64,000 nucleotides of DNA, taken from positions 48,120-112,119 of the forward strand of contig JAPLDF010000067.1 of assembly GCA_026391835.1 (NCBI GenBank), read 5' to 3'. A model generated the notes under the pieces. The model made no database searches. It saw nothing but the letters and a program-made list of their open reading frames with translations, and was not told the DNA's origin. Made by a program: the position numbers and the translations under genes. Origin of the DNA: Bacteroidota bacterium (GTDB lineage Bacteria; Bacteroidota; Bacteroidia; Bacteroidales; FEN-979). Shown in pieces: positions 10,447 through 19,957 of this stretch (its first letter is position 1; each line of letters opens with the position of its first letter).

Positions 10447-10526
10447 TAACAGGTAACGGGTAACCTGTTCCCTGTCACCTGTCACTTGTCACTTGTCACT
10501 TGTCACTTGTCACTTGTCACTTGTCA
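10447..10526. repeat. 7-bp tandem array (CTTGTCA x6, CCTGTCA x2, CCTGTTC) with a short inverted arm (TAACAGG, TAACGGG)
   Basis: Units in register 10464-10526; the last TCA is the rfaD TGA stop. Confidence 0.95.
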
Positions 10527-11546
10527 ATAACATGTCCCTTCCACAAGATACCCCTGCACATACTCTGCAATGGCGGTTTCGAGTGTGTAAAAAGGTTTTG
10601 TATAACCTGCCGCCCGGAGTTTCCCCATCTTCGCCTCTGTGAAATACTGGTATTTGTCGCGGATATCGGCCGGCGTATCGATGAACTCAATGGTGGGAGG
10701 CAGATTGAGTGCCGAAAAAACTGCATTGACCAAATCGAGAAAAGTCCGGGCTTTCCCGGTTCCCAGGTTGTAAATACCACTTTGAACCTTGTTTTCCATC
10801 AGGAAGTAGAGCACGTCAATAACATCCTTCACATAGATAAAGTCGCGCAACTGCTCCCCGTCCCGGTAAGCCGGGCTGTGCGACCTGAACAACCGGACCT
10901 TACCGCCTGTCCGCCCGTCCGCCTGTCCGCCCGTCCGCCCGTCCGCCTGTCCGCCCGTCCGCCCGTCCGCCTGGTTAAAAGCATGGAACACCACCGAAGC
11001 CATCCTCCCTTTGTGATATTCGTTGGGTCCGAACACGTTGAAGAATTTCAGGCCATACCATCGCTGCGGGGTTTTTGTTTGTTGCAGGGCCCATATGTCG
11101 AATTCATTTTTTGAGATGCCATACGGGTTGAGGGGCTTAAGGCTGTTGCTCAGGCTGTCATTCATGTCGTCATAGCCCAGGGAACCGTCTCCGTATGTGG
11201 CGGCAGAAGATGCATAGATCATTGGGATGCCATATTCGCAGCAGGCATTCCAAACCTGTTTCGAGTAGTTAAGGTTCAATTCATCGAATACTGCCATGTT
11301 GAATTCTGTGGTGTTGGTTCGCGCCCCGATGTGAAAAATAAATTCCACCTCCCCGGCATGTTCGGCGAGCCACGGAAAAAACCGGGTGCGGTCAACTTTC
11401 CCGGAATAAATTTTCCTGGCAATATTCACCTGCTTCACGGGGTTCGAAAAATCATCCACGATGACAATGTCCTTGTATCCCTTGTTGTTGAGTTTGCCAA
11501 CCATGCAACTCCCGATGAATCCTGCGGCTCCTGTGACGATGACCAT
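10524..11546 (-). CDS. rfaD: ADP-L-glycero-D-manno-heptose 6-epimerase
   Basis: VTGAAGFIGS Rossmann motif, YASSAATYG, PLNPYGISK, FNVFGPNEYHKGRMASV, RDFIYVKD. Confidence 0.95.
   Translation of the reverse strand: MVIVTGAAGFIGSCMVGKLNNKGYKDIVIVDDFSNPVKQVNIARKIYSGKVDRTRFFPWLAEHAGEVEFIFHIGARTNTTEFNMAVFDELNLNYSKQVWNACCEYGIPMIYASSAATYGDGSLGYDDMNDSLSNSLKPLNPYGISKNEFDIWALQQTKTPQRWYGLKFFNVFGPNEYHKGRMASVVFHAFNQADGRTGGQADGRTGGQADGRTGGKVRLFRSHSPAYRDGEQLRDFIYVKDVIDVLYFLMENKVQSGIYNLGTGKARTFLDLVNAVFSALNLPPTIEFIDTPADIRDKYQYFTEAKMGKLRAAGYTKPFYTLETAIAEYVQGYLVEGTCY
10903..10974. repeat. 8-bp tandem array (CCGCCYGT x9) in frame within rfaD
   Basis: Nine units = 72 bp, encoding (QADGRTGG)x3. Confidence 0.95.
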
Positions 11547-11570
11547 GTTTCGCGAATTTGAATCTTTTCA

Positions 11571-11578
11571 CAAAAATA
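11571..11578 (-). promoter_or_regulatory. TAnnTTTG -7 box for rfaD
   Basis: TATTTTTG ~25 bp upstream of the ATG. Confidence 0.6.
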
Positions 11579-11735
11579 AACAATCTATAGGGAAATTGTA
11601 ACGGTTTATTTTTTTCTGACTACTTTTACAACCCGGTTTTATCAATATCATTCTTAATACCATGTTTCGGGGATTGTCTGCAAATATTTCTATTGATCGG
11701 ATCATTAATTTCAACAACATAAATAACAATAACTT

Positions 11736-12362
11736 ATGAAAAAATCACCAATCATGCACGGTTTACGGATCACCGTTGCCCTGTTTATCAGTTTGTCTAT
11801 TCTCCCAATGTTGATCCAGGCACAGGATAAAGGTACCTTCAAGGATGCCCGTGACGGCCATGTTTACAACTGGGTGAAAATTGGAACCCAGGTGTGGATG
11901 ACAACAAACATGAAATTCAATGTCCCTGCCGAAAGCTGGGCTTACAACAATGATTCCGCCACTGAAGCGCATTATGGGAAGCTCTATTCATGGAAGGGAG
12001 CCCAGGCCTCCTGCCCGAAAGGCTGGCACCTGCCCTCAGATAAAGAATGGACTACCGCCATCCAGTCACTGGGTGGAGCAAATGGCGCAGGTACCAGGTT
12101 GCAATCGATGGACACGGTTACTAATGCGCCCGTTGCTGCCGGTTCGGCTGTTCCGGGGCACATTTCTTCTTTGCTGGGAGGCGTAAGGCATCCTGACGGT
12201 TCCTGCATCGGGATCAATTCCTGGGGCGGCTGCTGGACCTCGGCAAAAGTGAACGACACTGTTGCCACCAATGTCCTGTTTGCCCATGGTTCCAAGGAAA
12301 TCGGCATCAGTACCAATGATAAAAAATCAGGATTTTCTGTCAGGTGTGTCAGGAATAAGTAA
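11736..12362 (+). CDS. FISUMP (Fibrobacter succinogenes major paralogous) domain protein
   Basis: Signal peptide; DARDGHVYNWVKIGTQVWM, YGKLYSW, CPKGWHLPSDKEW, GFSVRCVR. Confidence 0.9.
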   Translation: MKKSPIMHGLRITVALFISLSILPMLIQAQDKGTFKDARDGHVYNWVKIGTQVWMTTNMKFNVPAESWAYNNDSATEAHYGKLYSWKGAQASCPKGWHLPSDKEWTTAIQSLGGANGAGTRLQSMDTVTNAPVAAGSAVPGHISSLLGGVRHPDGSCIGINSWGGCWTSAKVNDTVATNVLFAHGSKEIGISTNDKKSGFSVRCVRNK

Positions 12363-12381
12363 CTATAATTGATCCAGTCTT

Positions 12382-12915
12382 ATGCCGGAAACAAATTTGG
12401 GAATCGGTTCACGGGTTAAACACCCGCAGTTCGGAAAAGGTGTTATCATCCAGGTTCGTTCCGATACCTGGGAAATTACATTCATTGAACATGGCACCCG
12501 TGTCATCATGCGTGATTTTGTGGGGCTTGAAACCATCGAAGCGGTTGAAACGTCGCCCGAAATGGTCACCTATGAAAAAATCGAGAAGAGTCTTATCCGG
12601 GTGCTTCAGCGTTTCAGCGACATTCACGAAACAGTTCCGCTCGGGGCCAAATGGACGGGTGGCAAGCTGGTGATGTTCCCCGGTGAAGCCGGGCTGAAGG
12701 AGAAGGAGGTGCCCATGGAGACCTTTTTTCATAAGATTGTGATGGTTCGCGACCGGCTTCGGGTATTGGAACAGAAACTCAATGCAAGTGAACTTACCGA
12801 CCAGGAAAAGGTGGACATGCAGCAATATATCACCAGGGTTTACGGCAGCTTAACGACATTCAACGTGCTCTTTAAAAACAAAGACGACCAGTTCGCCGGT
12901 GAACGCGGAGTATAG
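12382..12915 (+). CDS. Conserved hypothetical protein with N-terminal SH3/Tudor-like segment
   Basis: 177-aa ORF; VKHPQFGKGVI start; FFHKIVMVRDRLRVLEQ...YGSLTTFNVLF C-terminal block. Confidence 0.75.
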   Translation: MPETNLGIGSRVKHPQFGKGVIIQVRSDTWEITFIEHGTRVIMRDFVGLETIEAVETSPEMVTYEKIEKSLIRVLQRFSDIHETVPLGAKWTGGKLVMFPGEAGLKEKEVPMETFFHKIVMVRDRLRVLEQKLNASELTDQEKVDMQQYITRVYGSLTTFNVLFKNKDDQFAGERGV

Positions 12916-12926
12916 GGCGTCATTTG

Positions 12927-14246
12927 TCACTCCCAGAACCTGTATAGCTCTTCGAGCGTTTCCCGCTCTTTTAATACCTCAAAACGGTCATCACGGTAAC
13001 CGATGATCCCGGGGGTTTGCCTGCTGTTGTATCGCGACCACATGCTGAAGGTATACCCGCCGGTATCGTGAATTACGAGAAAATCACCCTCCTCAATCAC
13101 GGGCAAAACAACGTTTTTTGCAATGATGTCGCCGGAGAAACAGAGCGGGCCTGCCAGGTTGTACGGATGCGTGTCATTTCCTGACTTCAACAGGCCATTC
13201 TTGTCAAACACGCTGTATTCGTGATGCCAGTCCCGCGGGTTCAGGCATTCACGAACAAACAGGTCGGCCCCCACATGGATCATGGCGGTGTTTATGGCTG
13301 CATCGCGTTTAACATACTCCACGCGGCTTGCCGTCCAGCCTGAATTGGTATAGCTCCACCGGCCAAATTCGGTTATCAGCCTGAATGCATCAGGATTGAA
13401 GAGTTGGGGAGCCCGCTGCGCGATTTTTTCAACATACTCCTTCATGGAAGGAGGCTGGGTACCCCGGTCGTAGGCTATGGGAAGCCCGCCGCCGATATCA
13501 AATACAGAAATTAACGGGAAGCCGAGTTTGATCCTTTGCTCATTCATCTCCAGCACAAAATCGTACAAAACGCCGATGCCATCAGTCAGCATTTGCATGG
13601 CACAGCCCTGTGACCCGACATGGAGATGAACTCCCGTGAGCCACGGGTGGGTCAGAAAGGCAAGCTCAAGGCCTTCGCGGCCGTTTTTGACAGGTACGCC
13701 AAATTTGGAATATTCGCCTGCGACGCTTGATTCAAGGATGGTTCCCATACCAACCTGGGGGTTTATCCTGAGCCCGACTGACGTAGTCGGGGTGCAGGAC
13801 CCGGCCAGGGCTTTATTTACCCGTTCAAGTTCCGAAAGATTGTCAACATTCAAATGAATGCCTTTCGCGAGGGCGAACCTGATGTCGGCAACTGTTTTTA
13901 CTGGTGAGTCAAATACCACCTGCCCGGGCCGGAACCCGGCCCTCAGTGCCATGGTCACCTCGCCAATGGAAGCCGCTTCAACGCCGATATTGGGCGCAAT
14001 GTTTTTTACAAACTCCATGATCCTGCTCAACGGATTGGCTTTGATGGCCAGCCCATGCAGTGTGTTTTGGGGAAAACATGAGGCAAGGTACCTGATGCGT
14101 GATTCAAGAAAATCAAGATCATAAAAAATCACAGCAGTATCTTCTTCCCTTATAATTTCCTGTGAAAGTGCCAGGCGCAGCGCCTTTCCAATGGAATCAT
14201 CACTCAGGTTCTGTTGAATCATAAGATGTTTTTCGGAATCATTCAC
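12927..14246 (-). CDS. lysA: Group IV PLP-dependent decarboxylase, diaminopimelate decarboxylase-like
   Basis: AIKANP (PLP Lys), HLHVGSQ, DIGGG, EFGR, GPLCFSGD, DTGGY. Start is GTG 14246 or ATG 14222. Confidence 0.7.
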   Translation of the reverse strand: MNDSEKHLMIQQNLSDDSIGKALRLALSQEIIREEDTAVIFYDLDFLESRIRYLASCFPQNTLHGLAIKANPLSRIMEFVKNIAPNIGVEAASIGEVTMALRAGFRPGQVVFDSPVKTVADIRFALAKGIHLNVDNLSELERVNKALAGSCTPTTSVGLRINPQVGMGTILESSVAGEYSKFGVPVKNGREGLELAFLTHPWLTGVHLHVGSQGCAMQMLTDGIGVLYDFVLEMNEQRIKLGFPLISVFDIGGGLPIAYDRGTQPPSMKEYVEKIAQRAPQLFNPDAFRLITEFGRWSYTNSGWTASRVEYVKRDAAINTAMIHVGADLFVRECLNPRDWHHEYSVFDKNGLLKSGNDTHPYNLAGPLCFSGDIIAKNVVLPVIEEGDFLVIHDTGGYTFSMWSRYNSRQTPGIIGYRDDRFEVLKERETLEELYRFWE

Positions 14247-14264
14247 GCGTTCGCGTGTTTGGTG

Positions 14265-15068
14265 TCATGCCTTGATAAGTCCTTTATCCCTCGCAATCTT
14301 CTGCAGTTTTGCGAGCGCCACCTTTCCCCCGGTTCCAAGGCTCAGCGTATTTTCGTTGACATAGAGATGAATATGTTTTTGCATCACTTCGTCGTCCATT
14401 TCCTGTGCATGCTCACGCACGAACGGCATGGCTTCAGCCGGGTGTTTAAGGGCATATTCCACACTGCGGTACATGATCCTGTTCAGTTTATTGATCACAT
14501 TGTAGCCCAGCCCTTTTCTGGCAATAATTCCCCCCAGCGGTATAGGTGAACCGGTAAGTTGTTCCCAGTATTGTCCAAGGTCCAGGATTTTTTTAAGCCC
14601 CCGCTGTTCATAGGTGAACCTGTTCTCGTGGATGATCACCCCTGCATCGACCTTTCCTGTTATAATTGCATCCTCAATTTCGGAAAACATCATGAATTCC
14701 TTTTTCTTTACTCCCGGCGAGGCAATCCTGAAAAGCATATGTGCCGTGGTGTATTGCCCCGGAATAGCAACTGTAAGGCCCGGAAGGTCCTCAAGCGTAT
14801 AATCCTTCTTGCTGATCAGCAACGGGCCGTTGCCAAAACCCATGGCGCTGCCTGAATCAAGCAATACGAAATTCTGTTGCAGCAGGAGGTATGTGAAGAA
14901 ACTGACTTTCAGCATGTCGATGCCGCCATTCAGCGCCATGTTGTTGAGCGTCTCTACATCGTGTAACTGGCAATCAAATTTTAATCCTTCAAGATTGATC
15001 CTGTTGTGAATGATTGCATCAAAAATAAAAGTGTCGTTGGGGCAGGGAGAGATCGCGAGGGACAACAT
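14265..15068 (-). CDS. mqnD: 1,4-dihydroxy-6-naphthoate synthase
   Basis: SPCPNDTFIF, DVETLN, GVIIHENRFTY, PIPLGGI, HIHLYVN. Confidence 0.93.
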   Translation of the reverse strand: MLSLAISPCPNDTFIFDAIIHNRINLEGLKFDCQLHDVETLNNMALNGGIDMLKVSFFTYLLLQQNFVLLDSGSAMGFGNGPLLISKKDYTLEDLPGLTVAIPGQYTTAHMLFRIASPGVKKKEFMMFSEIEDAIITGKVDAGVIIHENRFTYEQRGLKKILDLGQYWEQLTGSPIPLGGIIARKGLGYNVINKLNRIMYRSVEYALKHPAEAMPFVREHAQEMDDEVMQKHIHLYVNENTLSLGTGGKVALAKLQKIARDKGLIKA

Positions 15069-15234
15069 AGCGGTTAACTGTTAGGTATTTTGGCGTTAAA
15101 AATAAATGTTTACCCGGGTAGTCGATAATAGGGAAACAGCAAATTTAATAACAAAATACCTAATCTGTTAATTAATTAACATGAGATTTGTGAGCATATC
15201 GATTAATAAATATCAATGAAAGCATAGAGGTCTG

Positions 15235-15942
15235 TCAATTCCCGAGGGTAGGCGAGGTGACCATTTTCCACAAGATCCTGTTCAGGTTTTTAAGCGCCAG
15301 GTCAAGGTTCCAGCGTGATTTGTCGCGTTCTTCAACAAGGTTTGAGATCGACCTGATCTGCAGGCACGGGACACGCCCGCTCAGGCAGGCATAGAAAAAA
15401 GCCGCACCCTCCATGCTCTCAATATCAGCCGGTGAGATCCGGAGAATTCTGTCGATACTCTCTCCGTTGCCGCGAACGGTGTTCGAAGTTATTGCCTTGA
15501 CATACGGAAGCTTGCCGATGATCGTATATTTTTTTAAAATTTCTGACAGGATTGGCTCAACGGTCAGTTTGCCACCATGGTACGGGTGGGCGTCAGGATC
15601 TGACAACCCAAGTTCGAAAACAGACAGGAACCTGTCGCCATCCTCCGCCCCCAGTTCGGGCACGCAATCTTCAACCACATTGACAACCGTCCCGATCGGC
15701 AATGATTTATTGAAGGTTCCGGCAATGCCTGCATTGATGGCCAGATCATACTGCTGAACAGCCAGTTGCCTCCCGAGATGGTAAGCTGTAGGAACCATGC
15801 CGATGCCCGGGATCAGCACATCAATAAAGTGACTGTGGTATTGATACAGGCTGAGATAATCATCTTGTCTTCCAATCAATGTCAGCCTGTCAAGAATTGG
15901 CCTGACCTCAAATGTGGTGGCCGCAACAAGGAGGAACCTCAT
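15235..15942 (-). CDS. mqnB: Futalosine hydrolase
   Basis: PNP/UDP fold: INAGIAG, ELGAEDG, ESMEGAAFFYAC, RSISNLVEERDKSRW; adjacent to mqnD. Confidence 0.88.
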   Translation of the reverse strand: MRFLLVAATTFEVRPILDRLTLIGRQDDYLSLYQYHSHFIDVLIPGIGMVPTAYHLGRQLAVQQYDLAINAGIAGTFNKSLPIGTVVNVVEDCVPELGAEDGDRFLSVFELGLSDPDAHPYHGGKLTVEPILSEILKKYTIIGKLPYVKAITSNTVRGNGESIDRILRISPADIESMEGAAFFYACLSGRVPCLQIRSISNLVEERDKSRWNLDLALKNLNRILWKMVTSPTLGN

Positions 15943-17372
15943 TATTCAGGCCTTTTATTGTATTTTGTTCCATATTCGAGGCCATGGGCGTTCGGCCCTT
16001 TTTCGTTCCGCCTCAGCATAAAGGCAAAAAACAACCCGAAAAAGCCGAGACTGCTGAAAATCCACATTCCCAAATGGTAGCCCCCGGGGTTGGACGCGCT
16101 TGCCCCCGTAAAGTCGTTTGACCACCCGATCATCAGGTTAAAGCCGGCGAGCCCGATATTCTGGATCATGGTCATCAGGCCGTAGGCAGTTCCAAGTTTG
16201 GAATTGTCTACAATAAGGGCAACAGACGGCCACATGATGGCTGGGATCAGCGAAAAGGCGATTCCCATGATGACCATCGGGATCGCAATGTTGGGGAAAT
16301 AGGAGAACAGCGTACCCACGAGTGTTCCGAAGTAGACCACGCCACCTATAAAACCAGTGCTTTGGTCGGCGCTTGAAAAAATGGTAACAACAGAGGGGGG
16401 CAGGGCAACCGTGCGCACAACATAAGCCATCACGAGGTACACGGGGATGATCAGCAATGACCCGAACATCATCAGCAGGGAGCGCTTTCCGATTTTATCC
16501 GACAATAACCCGAAGAGCGGGGTGAGGATCATGGCTGAAAGAGTCAGCAGGCTCGACAAAAATCCGCCCATGCCGCGGGCAACGTCGTCGGGAAGCCCTG
16601 CCAGGTGAACATCCTTGAAAAATTTCACGGCAAAGGTCTGGAACGGGAACATGGCCGAATAAAAGGTGATGCAGAGCAGGGTGATGAACCAGAAGGATTT
16701 CCCAAATTTGAAAAGGTCTTTCAGCACGACTTTGTCCTGGTTGCCCTCTTTTTGCAGCGAATAGTTTTTTTCCGAATAAATGTCAATCACGTAATAGATC
16801 AGCAGGGTAACCACCGCGATCACACCTGCGCCGACAGCTACCCACAGCGGCTTTTGCCAGTGTTCAAACATTGATTTCCCCCAGGTTGGGGAGTTAAGGG
16901 CAAGAAATGAACCCAACCGGGCAATGCTCAGGTTCAGCCCGAATGCAAATGAAAGCTCTTTTCCCTTGAACCACCTGGCAAGGATCGTTGTGATGGCCAC
17001 GATCATTGATTCAGCGCCGAGGCCGAAGATCAAACGGCCGGTTGCCATAAACACGATATCTCCTTTCAGCGTGGTGAAGAGGGCCCCGATGAATACAAGG
17101 CAGGCAAAGATGAGGGCAGCTTTTTTTGTCCCGATCTTATCAATGATGATGCCCCCGATGAGCACCATGAAAATGTTCGGGATGCTGTAGATTCCCTGCA
17201 GGAGGCCAAGATTCTTATCTGTAAAATGAAGTTGTGTTTTCAGTACATCCGCCAGCGGACTGATGCAGTCATAAATATAATAGTTGCCAAACATGGCCAG
17301 ACTGATGAAGACCAGCACCACCCACCGCAATATTGCCGGGGGATCTTTTTTTAGGTTAACAGATTGATCCAT
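15942..17372 (-). CDS. MFS transporter (MFSD1-like)
   Basis: About 12 hydrophobic segments, GIIIDKIGTKK motif A; stop overlaps the mqnB start (TAATG). Confidence 0.88.
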   Translation of the reverse strand: MDQSVNLKKDPPAILRWVVLVFISLAMFGNYYIYDCISPLADVLKTQLHFTDKNLGLLQGIYSIPNIFMVLIGGIIIDKIGTKKAALIFACLVFIGALFTTLKGDIVFMATGRLIFGLGAESMIVAITTILARWFKGKELSFAFGLNLSIARLGSFLALNSPTWGKSMFEHWQKPLWVAVGAGVIAVVTLLIYYVIDIYSEKNYSLQKEGNQDKVVLKDLFKFGKSFWFITLLCITFYSAMFPFQTFAVKFFKDVHLAGLPDDVARGMGGFLSSLLTLSAMILTPLFGLLSDKIGKRSLLMMFGSLLIIPVYLVMAYVVRTVALPPSVVTIFSSADQSTGFIGGVVYFGTLVGTLFSYFPNIAIPMVIMGIAFSLIPAIMWPSVALIVDNSKLGTAYGLMTMIQNIGLAGFNLMIGWSNDFTGASASNPGGYHLGMWIFSSLGFFGLFFAFMLRRNEKGPNAHGLEYGTKYNKRPE

Positions 17373-17447
17373 ATATTTTTAATTGAGAAGGATGAAGTTT
17401 TTCTTCCAGGGCATAAAAGTAGCTTTTTTTACAATATCTGAAAGCAT

Positions 17448-17455
17448 TACCTTTG
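17448..17455 (+). promoter_or_regulatory. TAnnTTTG -7 box
   Basis: TACCTTTG upstream of ATG 17473/17482. Confidence 0.6.
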
Positions 17456-17472
17456 TAATTTCTAATTGTAAC

Positions 17473-19944
17473 ATGCGTAATATGCAAAACAGGCTACTTT
17501 TACTTTCAGCCCTCACTTTTCTGATGGTGCCCTGTATGCTCAAAGGCCAGGGTGCCTCGGGGAGAGTAGCACACCAGGCTGCCGTGGGAGTAAGAGAGCA
17601 GCTGCCGATGTTGTCGACCAAATGGGCGCAGGGCTGCCTGTACAATGCCGCCTGCCCTATTGATACGGCTTCACACACAACCTGTCTTCATGTTCCTGCC
17701 GGAACAGCCGCAGTGGCCATGGCCCAGCTGATGAAATTTTATCAATATCCGGCCCACGGAACCGGGGAGCACGGATATGCCCATCCTAAATATGGCATTC
17801 AATACGCCAACTTCGGGGCAACAAATTTCAACTGGAGCGCCATGCCCGACTCGCTTACGACAGGCAGCGACGGCCTTGCCACCCTGGTTTATCTATGCGG
17901 TGTGGCGCAAAACATGAACTACGGCACCACAGGAGCATCATCGGTACCGGAAGATGTTGATTCGGCCTTCGTGAAATATTTCGGCTATCCCGACGGGGCC
18001 AGCTGGAAATTAAAAGGACATTACACCAAACCGGAATGGCGTGCCATGCTGAAAACGGAGCTGGATGCATCGCACCCTGTCCTGACTGTTGCATACGACA
18101 ATACAGCCCAGCACCAGCGCTATTTTATCTGCGACGGGTATAAAAACGATTCGTTGTTCCACATCAGCTGGGGTGAAGGTGGTGCCGGGGATGGCTATTA
18201 CTGGCTGGACAGCCTTTTTTACAACTCAATAAATTATTCCATAATACAGCGGGCGTTGTTTGATCTTGCTCCAGTTCCGCCAGGCCCGGCCAGCTATATC
18301 ATGAACTTTGAGAATGTACCTGATTTTTCGCTGGCATTCAATGACTGGACGGTAAACGATGTTGACAGGCACGACACATACGGCATTACCAATTTCAGCT
18401 TCAGTCACCAGACCGAACCCATGGCATTCCTCAGCTTCAACCCTGCGCAGGTAACACCAACCATGGCATCCGACCAGGCAATACAGCCGCATGGCGGTTT
18501 GCGGTTTGGTGCATGTTTTTCCTCAAACCCGCCGTCCAACAATGACTGGTTTATTTCGCCGCAAATTCAGCTTGGGACCGATGGCAGTTTCTCCTTCTGG
18601 ATCAAATCCTACACCGATCTGTATGGACTGGACAACTATACCGTAGCTGTTTCGACCACCGACAACAACCCGGGAAGTTTTACCGTGATTTCCGGGACGC
18701 AACCGCTGCAAACGACCACCAGCTGGGCAAAGAGGACCTTCAACCTTTCGGGTTACAACAACCGGAAGGTGTATGTGGCCATCAATTGTGTTTCGACGGA
18801 CCACTTCCTGATGATGATCGATGACCTGGAAGTGAAACCACAGTCATCATCTGTCCTTACAGCCGATTTTACCTCCGATAAAATTTCCCTGAGGGTTGGA
18901 GAAAAAGTCAGTTTTACCGACCAGTCTTCCGGGCTGCCTGCTGCATGGGCATGGAAATTCACAGGTGGGACTCCATCCACCTCCGTCCTCCAAAACCCTG
19001 CGGATATACAATATAATACACCCGGGAGTTACGCCGTGAGCCTGAAGGTGAGCAACGGAACCGCAAGCGATTCAGTTACAAAAACGGCCTATATCACAGT
19101 CAATGGTTATCCCGCTTTCATGTCCCTGGATTTTGAGTCGCCGGATGACTTTACAATGGCTTTCAACCCGTGGACCGTAAACGATGTCAACGGCGGAGAA
19201 ACATACGGCATCAAGTCCGTTACATTTCTGCATAACTATTTGCCAATGGCCTATATCTGCTTCAACCCGGAAAAAACAACCCCGCCGCTCGATAGTACCA
19301 ACATGCATGCGCACGGGGGACAAAAGCTTGGATGCAGTTTCTCCTCCGTACCACCCAACAACCCGAATGACAAATGGCTGATCTCCCCAAAAATGAGCCT
19401 GGGACTTAACCCCCAGGTGGAATTATGGGTAAAAACCTACAACGATCAGTTTGCTGGGAAAGAACGTTACAATATTGCTGTTTCAACAACGGAACTCACG
19501 CCTTCAAGTTTCACGCCTCTTACTGCGCAGCCGGAGTCGGCTCCGACCGTTTGGACAAGGAAAACCTACAGCCTTGCAAACTATACGAACCAGGATGTAT
19601 ACATTGGTATCCAGTGTGTCACTAACGATGGTTTTATCTTCATGATTGATGATATTTCAATTACCTCCTCCCTGGGTACCGGTGCAACCAATTCACTCGA
19701 AAGGCTCGTTATTTTTCCAAACCCGGCCAAAGATCATTTAATGATCAATTGCCCTGCCAGCAGTAATCTGCCTTATACCATCGAAATGATCAATGTACTT
19801 GGAGAAAAAATAGCCTCATGGAGTGAAGTGCCCGTTTCCGGAAGGATCACGCTCGGCATTCAACAAATTCCCCGGGGCATCTACCTGGTCCGGGTGGCAT
19901 CAGGTGCTGAGGAGGTGATACGTAAAATTTCAATTATCAATTAA
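17473..19944 (+). CDS. T9SS cargo: peptidase C10 (streptopain)-like domain, apparently inactive, plus two cleaved-adhesin (choice-of-anchor J) domains, PKD and CTD
   Basis: W-x-Q...YN...P, AMAQLMKF, FICDGY, HISWG; two NDW/DKW-xISP...MIDD adhesin modules; PKD (FTDQSSG...WAWKF); CTD IFPNPAKD...GIYLVRV. Confidence 0.85.
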   Translation: MRNMQNRLLLLSALTFLMVPCMLKGQGASGRVAHQAAVGVREQLPMLSTKWAQGCLYNAACPIDTASHTTCLHVPAGTAAVAMAQLMKFYQYPAHGTGEHGYAHPKYGIQYANFGATNFNWSAMPDSLTTGSDGLATLVYLCGVAQNMNYGTTGASSVPEDVDSAFVKYFGYPDGASWKLKGHYTKPEWRAMLKTELDASHPVLTVAYDNTAQHQRYFICDGYKNDSLFHISWGEGGAGDGYYWLDSLFYNSINYSIIQRALFDLAPVPPGPASYIMNFENVPDFSLAFNDWTVNDVDRHDTYGITNFSFSHQTEPMAFLSFNPAQVTPTMASDQAIQPHGGLRFGACFSSNPPSNNDWFISPQIQLGTDGSFSFWIKSYTDLYGLDNYTVAVSTTDNNPGSFTVISGTQPLQTTTSWAKRTFNLSGYNNRKVYVAINCVSTDHFLMMIDDLEVKPQSSSVLTADFTSDKISLRVGEKVSFTDQSSGLPAAWAWKFTGGTPSTSVLQNPADIQYNTPGSYAVSLKVSNGTASDSVTKTAYITVNGYPAFMSLDFESPDDFTMAFNPWTVNDVNGGETYGIKSVTFLHNYLPMAYICFNPEKTTPPLDSTNMHAHGGQKLGCSFSSVPPNNPNDKWLISPKMSLGLNPQVELWVKTYNDQFAGKERYNIAVSTTELTPSSFTPLTAQPESAPTVWTRKTYSLANYTNQDVYIGIQCVTNDGFIFMIDDISITSSLGTGATNSLERLVIFPNPAKDHLMINCPASSNLPYTIEMINVLGEKIASWSEVPVSGRITLGIQQIPRGIYLVRVASGAEEVIRKISIIN

Positions 19945-19957
19945 TAACTGTCGTCGC

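Noticed and set aside
10500-11114. ORFs read through repeats (also 23561-23958, 44524-44793, 56885-57115, 62272-62736)
   Set aside because: Low-complexity translations of DNA repeats (SLVTCHL, PPVRLSAR, DLRFTI, VTKSQSHK), mostly antisense to or overlapping real genes.
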